Origin: Octopus sinensis
Taxonomy: Eukaryota
Direction: 5' to 3'
Length of the DNA: 64,000 nucleotides
Assembly (NCBI RefSeq): GCF_006345805.1
Contig: NC_042997.1
Coordinates: forward strand, 45,880,001-45,944,000
Position numbers and translations under genes: made by a program
Shown: piece after piece, positions 49,807 to 60,177 of the stretch
Layout: every line of letters begins with the position of its first letter
Numbering within the stretch: the stretch's first letter is position 1
Notes under the pieces: model-generated
Told to the model about the DNA's origin: nothing
Databases searched by the model: none
What the model saw: only the letters and a program-made list of their open reading frames with translations

Positions 49807-49839
49807 CTTTCTTCCTACTTAGCTCTTCAAATGCTATGT
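49807..49839 (-). CDS. Candidate 33-nt symmetric phase-1 host exon (xIAFEELSRKK)
   Basis: Minus strand ctttacctcttttcAG|ACATAGCATTTGAAGAGCTAAGTAGGAAGAAAG|GTaagg; strong acceptor and donor; only the phase-1 frame is open. Confidence 0.5.
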
Positions 49840-50216
49840 CTGAAAAGAGGTAAAGCTTATTAAAATTTCAAATTTCAAGATCGATAAACAAAAGTTGTAG
49901 AGTTATAAGCTACAAAAAAAGAAGTAAAAACATAAAATACTATGATAAAAATATTTTAAAATATTTTATTAATGAACTGTCACAAACCAAATTATACTGC
50001 GAAAGAATTAGAATAAATGGGTTGAAAAAAACTAACAAAATAATCTGGCAGATATATTTGCTAAATATGCGATGGATGTTCGATTTTCTAAAGTTTTTCT
50101 CGCTGGCGGTTTGCCCATAGAATGCTTTGCAGACGGATGGCATATTTCTATCTTTTTCTCTCGAGGAGCATTGACGATTTCGATTTTCCTGAATAATTCT
50201 TTGGGAATTATTATAT

Positions 50217-51485
50217 CAGGTTGAGTAAAAACTGAGCAACGTTTTGAACTATCAAGAATTTGTACTGGAGTTTTGCAGAGTTCTGAATGTCTTTTAAACA
50301 TTTTTTACAATTGTCTGATAATACAGACATAGACTTGCATAAATGCATCAATAAATTAGCATTGGTATTTTTTTTATCATTGTTGCAATCGGCTGAAATG
50401 GAATTGTCAAAGCGCGATATTCGAGCATGTTTGCTATTCAACTTTAAAAAAAGGACATAAAGCAGGTGAAACTGCTCTTGATATCAACGAAACGTTTGGT
50501 GAGGAAAATGAGCAGTGAGTGGTCAGCTCGAAAATGGTTTAAACGATTTCGCAGTGGAGTCCTGAGCCTTGAAGATCACAAGACGCCCATCTGTCATCGA
50601 TGACGGTCAATAAAATGCAGTCATTGATAAAGATCCAGGTAAAACTACTCGAGAACTGGCAAAAGAACTTCAAGTTAGCCTGCAACCATTTGCATGGGGT
50701 CGGAAAATCGTAAAAGCTCGACAAATGTGTACCACACGATTTGAATGAAAATCAGAAAATGCGCAGATATGAAATTTCCTCATCGCTTCTTCTCCGTAAC
50801 CAGACCGATCCATTTCTCGACCGTATTGTAACTTAAGAAATGGATTCTGTACAATAATAAAAAACCTTCTTCGCAGTGGTTGGAACAAAATGAAGCACTG
50901 AAAACTTTCCCTAAACCCAAGCTCTTCCAATTGAAGGTTATGGTAACTGTTTGGTAGTGTACAACTGGACTCATCTAATATAACTTCTTAAAAACAGTAA
51001 TGGAAAAACCATTGCTGCAGAAACATATTGCCATGAAATTGCCAAAGGGAACGAAAAACTGCTACTCCCCCGTCTCAGACTGGTCAAAAGAAAGGGGCCA
51101 ATCATTCTTCATGGCAATGCTAGACAGCACGTTTCACTAATGACGCTCCAGAAGCTGAAGGGAACTTGGCTACAAAGTTTTTCCCTACCCAGCTTATTCA
51201 CCAGACCTTTCCCCTACCCACTACCATTTTTTCAAGCACCTTGATGATTTCCTGCGAGAGAAGAAGTTCAAAAATGAAACCGTTGCTGAAAGTACATTCA
51301 AAGAGTTCATCCAACTCCAGAATTTCAGATCTTTATGTTACCGGAATAAACAAAGTTGTAACTCGTTGGCAAAACTGTGTTGATTGTATTTGGTACTTAC
51401 TTTCATGAATAAAATCTCTGCATCGTTGAAATATATTGTGATGAATTACATGTTTCAAAAACTTGCTTGCTTTTCACTCAGCCTG
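50217..51485 (+). mobile_element. Degraded full-length mariner (cecropia/Hsmar1-like)
   Basis: TIRs CAGGTTGAGTAAAA / CAGGCTGAGTGAAA; MELSKRDIRACLLFNFKKG, RKWFKRFRSG, EKWILYNN, ILHGNARQH, AYSPDLSPTHYHFFKHL; many lesions. Confidence 0.88.
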
Positions 51486-51489
51486 ACAG

Positions 51490-51513
51490 ATATATATATA
51501 TATATATATATAT

Positions 51514-51593
<80 letters not shown>

Positions 51594-51625
51594 ATATATA
51601 ATATATATATATATATATGTATATA
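51490..51625. repeat. (TA)n microsatellite
   Basis: Direct observation. Confidence 0.95.
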
Positions 51626-51946
51626 TTAAAGATTGATAGAGAAGTCAGAGTATAACAAGAAGCAGTTATTAACACAAGAATCGTTTCGCCAGAACGATTG
51701 TTGGGCTAGTAAATGCTTCCAGTTACGCTCCGTCTATTCTATTAATCGTTAAAATGTACCGTACGTGCTCCTTGGAATATTCTGGACGTATATCCAACGT
51801 TGAATGCAGAGTATCGATGATGACTCCTGGAAGCCGTAAGTTGTGAACGTACTCCGCAGACACCCTACCAATGACTTACCCTGACAGGTTTGCATACTGC
51901 ATTTAACGACTACTTTCTAAACCTCAATTGCTTAACTTTAAATTCG

Positions 51947-51986
<40 letters not shown>

Positions 51987-52808
51987 CGAATTATAGCTTT
52001 TTTCTTTCTTCTTTGTGTGTCTCTCCTTACTAACCGTCAGCCATTTTGTATTTCTATTGTATGTCTTCATTTGCGCATGCTTATATCTCTATGTGCGTTT
52101 ATGTTTATTTAGTGTGTGTATGTGGGGGGATGCCTGTAATATTTGTATCTTCTGTTTATATATGTTCATGTAATTTGTATTTTGTTTATTGGCTAAACTG
52201 GCAAAATGACCATTCCGAAATATAACAATATCTGTTTCACACACGACTTCATATAAAAAATCTTGCACAACAAATATATATATATATATATGTATAATGT
52301 AAAGCATTATACATCCATCACGGCTGATCTTACAATTCGGTTTCACGCTAGGAATACAATGGAGTGTTAGGTAATAATCCGATTACATAACCTTACGCTC
52401 CCCAAAGTTAACCGATGTGGAAGGGAATATGGCGACTGTGTATGGAAGGGAATATGGAGACTGTGTACATATATATATATACATATATGTTGCATGTATA
52501 TATATATATATACGTACCTATGTGTGCGTGTGTGTGTATATACGTAAATATGCTTACTTATGTTTATGTGTATGTGTGTGTATGTAAATTTGCAGGCACA
52601 TGCATTTGTATATTCTTATTGGGAGAGGCGCCGCTGTATTTCGTATCCGCTCATATTGTTGTGACCTTTCCTCGCTCGTACATCTTTAGAATCTTAATTG
52701 CATTCGCACCGTTTCAGCCAGCGATAATTAGGACTTGTCAGTTTTTAAGTGGTTTCATTTGATAACTTTTTATACAGTAGTTATAGTACATACACACACA
52801 CATGTATG

Positions 52809-52851
<43 letters not shown>

Positions 52852-53001
52852 AATATACATATCAATATATCTATCTCCACCTCTCTCTCTCTCTATATAT
52901 ATATATATATGTATATATATACTACATATATACATGTGTACTGACACATAGGTATATACATATACATATATATACACACATGTATATGTACACATATGTA
53001 T

Positions 53002-53035
<34 letters not shown>

Positions 53036-53341
53036 GTACGCGCGTGCACATATACGCACACACATATATGATAATGGACTTACATATAACTCACATACAA
53101 TCATACATACATACATGCATACGTATATATACATATATATCTATGCAAGTGTATATGTATGTGTGTGGGTTCATACTGTTATAGATTGTTATATTTTGTG
53201 TTTGCTCGTAGATTGTGCTTTTGGTGGTTTATTAGTTTACAGTTTAAACGGTGTAAATTGAAACAAACTGATTTTCAAGCCGTTCCAGTCGATAGCTTCA
53301 ATTTAGTGCTATGATATTTATTTTAATGTCCCTACCCAACT

Positions 53342-53375
<34 letters not shown>

Positions 53376-53524
53376 TATAGACATACGTACATACATAAAC
53401 TCAAACATACACACATTCGTACACACTTGCTTTAATATATCTTGATATATTTGTTGTACACACACATACACACACACTCATACACATACACACACACACA
53501 CATCGTTAGTTTCTTACCACACAA

Positions 53525-53733
53525 CGTGGCCGTGTGGTAAATAGCCTACTTTCCAGCCATTTAGATCTGTGTTCACTCTCACTCTGTGCCCCGTTGTATT
53601 TCAGTCTGGAGATCAACCGAAGCCTTCTGAGTGGATTTGGTACACGGAATGGTGTTGAATAACTCGATGAAAGAAAAAACATTTTTGCAATGCAGTGCCC
53701 CAGCGTGGTCGCAATCAAATGACCGAAACAATA
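53525..53733 (+). mobile_element. Diverged, internally deleted SINE family 1 relative
   Basis: GTGGCCGTGTGGTAAATAGC head, GAGTGGATTTGGT, CCCCAGCGTGGTCGCAATCAAATGACCGAAAC tail. Confidence 0.6.
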
Positions 53734-53735
53734 GG

Positions 53736-53787
<52 letters not shown>

Positions 53788-53888
53788 GTATGTATATATG
53801 ATATATATATATATATTAGTTACAAGTTGCGAATAAGCCACCTTAATAATTTGCATGGCCACAGCTCGTGAGCTGATACTAGTAAAGA

Positions 53889-53974
<86 letters not shown>

Positions 53975-53986
53975 TATATATATAAT

Positions 53987-54216
53987 AGTGAGAATTTACA
54001 AAAAAACAACAAAGGACGAAGACAGGTCTGTAAATAACAACCAGATGTAATATTTTAACGCTTGGGAAGTGAGAAAGTCTTTTGCGTTGGGGCGTACGCT
54101 CTTCGACAGAAAGGAACACAGAAATAAACCAGGAGAGAAAATAGATAAAAGTTTAGTGGCTAGCGATCTATCATGGCGAATGCCGGACAGAGGGGTCACA
54201 CAGGAGAGCTAGGAGA

Positions 54217-54224
<8 letters not shown>
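53987..54224 (-). mobile_element. Solo PLE-type terminal repeat flanked by (TA)n on both sides
   Basis: Reverse complement matches 62810-63043, including degenerate CTGTCGAAGAGCGTA hammerhead start. Confidence 0.7.
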
Positions 54225-54259
<35 letters not shown>

Positions 54260-54414
54260 CATAATTCGAGACAAAACCACTATTTTAAAACCAAACAAGG
54301 AAAGACTTAATCAATACATAGAATTTTATATTTAATCTGATTTTTCCCTGTAATTTTGGATTCATTCCCTAATATTTATTATTATTATATATATATTATA
54401 TATATATATATATA

Positions 54415-54452
<38 letters not shown>

Positions 54453-54650
54453 CATGAGAGGTATTGGTATCCGGGTGGCAAATAACGCTATCTAAGTATT
54501 ATGGAAGGACCGTAGTTAAACTCTCAGTTCAATAATAATACAAGTGAGGTGACTAATGTGGATCTTGTATGAGCATGTATATGTTCAATAAAATGAGACA
54601 ACAAAGCCAAGGCTGTGTGGAATTTTCAGGACATTTATAAAGAGAAAGTT

Positions 54651-54700
54651 GTTCTTACAGCTGTTTCGGAGATACTAGCGATATCCCTGCATCAGAGACT
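54651..54700 (-). ncRNA. Degenerate minimal hammerhead (family D)
   Basis: TCT-CTGATGC-AGGGATAT(cgcta)GTATCTCC-GAAA-CAGCTG-TA-AGA; palindromic ACAGCTGT stem III; A9 changed to C. Confidence 0.5.
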
Positions 54701-54941
54701 ATCTGAGATGGTTAAATAGAGGAAATATTAGAGTTCAATATGAGTAGTTATTTTGAAAAAGGAGGCAAAAAAGGTGTATATAGAGAAATAAGAGAATGAA
54801 TGTAGAAATAAAGACATCTACATGAACTCCTATTGGAATTTACATACCACGGACAGGAAGCATTTCTACCACATCTACACACCGCTTTCCTTGGATAATG
54901 AAGTTGCAACTATAACATCTTTATACATTTATATATATATA

Positions 54942-55340
54942 CTAGCAGTATCGCCCGGCGTTGCTCGGGTCTGTAAGGGATATAACTATATAAGCATTTT
55001 TAGAGAGTTGTAGCCAAAAAATAGCAAAAAAAAATGCATTAAAAATGGGAAAAAATGATGGTAAATTTTTTTTAAAATCGTTGACTCATCGTAGACATTT
55101 TTAGAGAGGTACTTCCCTTATATAATAGTGAAAAAATGCATTAAAATGGAAAGAAATGATGGTAAATTATTTTTAAAATCGTAGACTCATCGTAGACGCG
55201 CGCTAATACCCAGAAGGGCTCGATATGAATCACGACTATAAGATACCCGCTTTTGGTTACACTGCACCGCAAAATGTGGGAGTAGTTAGGAATCTAAATC
55301 GTAGGAGACAGACACACAATTTGACTTTTATATATAAAGA
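54942..55340 (-). mobile_element. Non-autonomous Helitron (399 bp) with internal ~70-bp direct repeat
   Basis: A|TCTTTATATATAAAAGTC 5' end; 3' hairpin CCCG-agcaacgc-CGGG then CTAG|T; duplicated AAATGCATTAAAA...ATCGT.GACTCATCGTAGAC. Confidence 0.82.
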
Positions 55341-55363
55341 TATATATATATATATATATATAT

Positions 55364-55566
55364 AAAGTTAATCCAAACAAGAAAACAAAAAGACAACAAC
55401 GCAAGGACGTGGAACAAATAAAGCATTATTGGACGCTCAGGAAAAAGGGAAGAAGGAGGGTTTGACGTTTCGAGCGGAGCTCTTCGTCGGAAACATAGGA
55501 GAAGGAAAGATCCCGAGAAGGGAAGACAGAGGAAAAAAATCGCTAGTGATACAGACGAGGTCACAT
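55364..55566 (-). mobile_element. Solo PLE-type terminal repeat with family B hammerhead (55460-55494)
   Basis: Close copy of 11595-11805; core CCGACGA, GTC triplet, stem I GTTT/AAAC. Confidence 0.72.
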
Positions 55567-55583
55567 ACTAATGTATATGTATA

Positions 55584-57560
55584 CTAGCTGAATGACCCGA
55601 CGTTGTCCGGGTTACTGCTGTTCTTATTCAGATTAGTAAACAATGAATATTTATTTCAAAATATCCATATTTTATTTTAGAAATATCAAACTGTAATAAT
55701 AATAGAATTTCGAATTGAAAATCTGTCAATGTTGAAGTACCTCAGGGTAAACAATATTTATTGTGTAACCTTTTGTTGGTTTCGAAATGAATAAATTGTT
55801 GCTGCTTCCAAGTCGCAAGCAAGCAACACAGAGTTGGCCGTAGAAGAAGCACATAGTATAGAGATCAAGTCCAACTACCTTGAGGGATTGACCCTGAGAT
55901 TTGTTTAGTGAAATACAAAAACTCAGTTTGACTAGAAACTGAAACGTTTTAAATTCAAATGGAAAGTCTGTAGGTATGAGAGGAATGTTTGGAATAAAGT
56001 CATTTTCTCCTTTGTGACTACCTGTTATGATTATTGCCTGTAGGGCATGGGGCTTCATGGAAGTAACAGTTAAGCGAGTTCCACTACACAGGTGAGATGG
56101 GTCAAGATTCCTAAGCAACATAATGGAAGCACCCAGTTTTAGTGTCAAGTTTTGCGGCGGCATCCCAGTGGGTTTAAGGGTGTTCAGAAATTCAACAGGG
56201 TATTGAACAACATGATCTTGATCGACTGTTGTCAGCTGATCAAAATTTCATTTCTAATGTATCTGTTAACTTGTAAAGAAGTTCATGACTGAGTTTATCA
56301 ACCATTTCATTAGTTGCAGCTAGTATTGCTCTTTCACTTAGCTAGTTTACATCAGTGTAATTGACAGATAGATTAGGAAATACTTTATCTATAAGAATCC
56401 TAAGTAAAAGTATCGTTTGACTACATGTAATTTCATGTAGCCGAAACCTTGAGTTGAATGTTAATAACCCATTACCAATCTTAAGAAGTTCGTATGACCT
56501 TGTAGAAATACTCTTATGTTGCTTGTAAGATGAAGTTTTTTCACGTCTCCAAAGGTATGATTTTTTTGAATCATGCATTGACCTCATCAGTTTTTGGTCG
56601 TTTGGGGGATAACTGACAACGTTTGACGAAAATCTCCTGCAAGAACTGTTACTCTTCCCATGAGCGTGCTATTGTCGTTTTATGTCTTAGAGGATACGGT
56701 CAAATATGTCTAGAGCCCCACGATCTGACAATACACTCATCCCAAACAATGAGGCAAGTTTATTGGAGAACTCTTGCCATTGCAGAGTTGGAAATGTTGC
56801 ATATTTAAGATTCTTTCATTGCAAGGTTTGGAGGGAGCTTGATCATGGAACGAGCAGTCCTTCCTCCATTGAGGAGGTAGTTGCAATACGAGAAGATGCA
56901 AGACCGGAAAAAAGTTAGATTATATTTCCTCCCATTGCAGGTTAAAGTGATAAAAACATCTGATTTTTCCATATCCTGACATATGTCATAGCATGTTGTT
57001 CGTTGGTGCATATATCGAGGACCACATGTGAATGATGATGGGAGGATTATAAATTGCCACCTGTTTTGAATATCACCATCTGTCCTCAGAGCATCTTGGA
57101 GATGAACATAATTTTTAGCCCTTAACTTTTTTTGATTGTTACGAATGTAGAGGATTCGCTGACACTTAACTTTAGCATACATATCAACCAGGTATTACTG
57201 AAATAAATTGCGATATATGTGTAATTGATTTGATTGTTCTGGTCTTAACATCATGTCGTAAGAATAGAAGTCATTTGACGATACTATTTTGCTTGTTATT
57301 GGCTCTCCTGTTGCAGGTTCAATCTGTGGAATATTGAAATGATGTCCATCGTGTTCATTCCACAAAATAAAAGGATACTGGAGAACATCATAAGAAGGAT
57401 GAGTCCGTGAAACATGTTCAAGGTTGTTATCTCAAGAACGAAAGAGAATATCACGATTTTCATGGGGATCACCTACCATAAGGATGGCTACTTCATTGAA
57501 TGTGGGCTCATTAAAACGGCGTAAAATGTCCTTAACTATAAACGTAACGAACGCGGAAAC
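55584..57560 (-). mobile_element. Helitron RepHel remnant with intact 3' terminus
   Basis: RRFNEPTFNEVAILMVGD; MYAKV...KKLRA...IILPSSFTCGPRYM...DVFITLTCN (Rep); LLNGGRTARSMIKLP and MPPQNLTLKLGASIMLLRNL...NKSQGQSL...IVYPEVL (PIF1-like helicase); hairpin CCCG-gacaacgt-CGGG plus CTAG|T. Confidence 0.9.
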
Positions 57561-58752
57561 ACACACACATTCACAGACACATACACGCTCATAGAATTGA
57601 TAATTTTGAAAACAGTAAAACGTACACACGAAGTTGAAGCGAAACGAAATATAGTTGATATAGGTACAAAACATAATTTCTGTAGTATAGTTATGGTATA
57701 GATATTTTTGTAAAGGAATATTTCAAAACGAAATATTCCAGCATCGGAAATTCACCAATTTAACAAAGATTACGGTTAATGTTTATTTCAATTTCAAAAT
57801 GCGGCCACGAACACCACACCACCAGAAAAAAAACAAACAAATAAAGAAAAAAAAAACAAAAACAAAACAACAAAAAAAAAAAAAAAAAAAAACAAGCAAG
57901 TGTAGCAGATATTAAAAAATGTGTATTAAACGAATATGGAAACAAAAAATTGTGGCAACGAACCGATGGGTGAAGAGAGGACTTTCGAAAAAAAATCAAA
58001 AGATCCTATTTTTTTCCCTCATAATTTTAAGGAAAATGGATATCTTTTAATGAAATTTTATATAAATACCTTTCAAACGACATAAATTACGATTGTAAAG
58101 AAATTTGAGGGGAATTTTTTTCTGGGGGGGGTGGGGAGAAAACTTTCGAAGAGAAAGCAATTCATAAATTATTTTTTTGCTTGAGTGAAATGGAAATAAG
58201 TTTGAAAAATAAAACTAGATTCATTTATTTTTCATTTGAGTAATAGAAGGCTTTTTAAAAGATCCCGACGGTGGGGATGTGCTAAAAATAACAGCTAAAT
58301 CACCCTTAACATTTTTACATAGTGAAACTATATTCAACACTATTTATGAATTTGTTTATCTCACCATGATACGTAGGATCTTTTTAAAAATCCTTTTCTA
58401 TTACTGAAACGAAAAATAAACGAATCTTTCAAAATTACCATGCGTTACCAATGTAATAAAGTACAGAAAGCCAACATTTATTTGGAACATGTACTAAATG
58501 TTATGAAATTCAGGATTGAATGTGACAGTGAAGGAAGTCAAGCTCCAAGAAAATTCAGAAGGCATAATTCAATTTTTCATACAGAGATAATTTATTATTT
58601 TTACAATTTTGAACCGAACGCTGATGAAAGCGTGTAGAAAGGAATGTGTTGCTGTTGTGAACGTTAATTAATAAAAAAAAACAAAACATTTACTGAAGGA
58701 TGTATGTAGCAAGACATAAATTCATTTGGCATCACTTTCTCTATAAGTGACA

Positions 58753-58756
<4 letters not shown>

Positions 58757-58827
<71 letters not shown>

Positions 58828-58991
58828 ATAATTATTATTATTATAATAAAACACCTTAGGAATGAGAATCCAGGTTCGAAATTTCACCAAGACACCTGAT
58901 GAAGGCTGGAGGGTATATCAGCCGAAACGTTGTGTTAACAACAAACAAGATGAGGACAAATGTAAACAATGTAAATAATGTAAATAATGTA
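58757..58991 (+). mobile_element. (AAT)n/(ATT)n + family A hammerhead module + (AATGTAAAT)n tail, no tRNA head
   Basis: Close to 49590-49734. Confidence 0.8.
58891..58936 (+). ncRNA. Minimal type-I hammerhead ribozyme motif (family A), intact core
   Basis: GACAC-CTGATGA-A-GGCTG(gagggtatat)CAGCC-GAAA-C-GTT-GTGTT. Confidence 0.8.
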
Positions 58992-59537
58992 CGTTCTCAA
59001 TATTTTAATTTTCTCCCTCTCCACACAAAATTCGTTTTTTAGTTTTTTCAAATTTTTGTTCTTGGTAATCCACGGAGAAGAAACAGAGAGTACGAATCTT
59101 TTAGCATTTTACCCATCACCTCATCATTTTCAAAAGCTACACACTCCCAATGTTTCACTTTTAGCTTTTTGGAAGGCGGGGAAGTTTCTTCAGAAGTAAT
59201 GTCGTTTACCTGTTGTTTCTAGCATGTCGTGTTTTCTGGTGGTGGTGTGGTACTTTTTAAGTCTACTATTTCAGTAGAATTCTACGCATGCGGGAAGCAT
59301 CAGACAAAAGTGAAAGATTGGGAGGTTTTAGCTTTTTGAAAACTGATAAGTAATAGGTGGGCGAGGTGGCGGAAGGGGCATTGAGTGTTTCTTTAAGAAA
59401 AATTAAATTATAATAAATACATATATATATATATATAAATGTTGAAAATATGTGGAAAACAAATATAAAAAGTGGAAGAGAAATGCCTTCGATTCATATA
59501 GTTTAATAACTTTTTATAAATATTTATTATATATATA

Positions 59538-59900
59538 TTGAAGCACTCCGTCGGTTACGACGATGAGGGTTCCGGTTGATCCGAATCAACGGAACAGCCT
59601 GCTCGTGAAATTAACGTGTAAGTGGCTGAGCACTCCACAGACACGTGTACCCTTAACGTAGTTCTCGGGGATATTCAGCGTGACACAAAGAGTGACAGGT
59701 ATAACAGAAACAGGAAGTAAGAGTGAGAGAAAGTTGTGGTGAAAGAGTACAGCGGGGATCACCACCATCCCCTGCCGGAGACTCGTGGAGCTTTTAGGTG
59801 TTTTCGCTCATAAACACTCACAACGCCCGGTCTGGGAATCGAAACCGCCGATCCTATGACCGCGAGTCCGCTGCCCTAACCACTGGGCCATTGCGCCTCT
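59538..59900 (-). mobile_element. SINE family 2 copy
   Basis: Reverse complement of 8665-9050 with a ~30-bp internal deletion. Confidence 0.9.
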
Positions 59901-59903
59901 ACG

Positions 59904-60174
<271 letters not shown>

Positions 60175-60177
<3 letters not shown>

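Noticed and set aside
51874-51940. Strong minus-strand donor AGG|GTAAGT
   Set aside because: No credible acceptor upstream before the (TA)n run
52000-52045. TACTAAC plus CAG acceptor on the + strand
   Set aside because: Branch point is only ~4 nt from the AG, the pyrimidine tract lies upstream of it, and there is no downstream donor or open exon
52418-52467. Two tandem 25-bp repeats
   Set aside because: Simple local duplication (one mismatch) with no further structure
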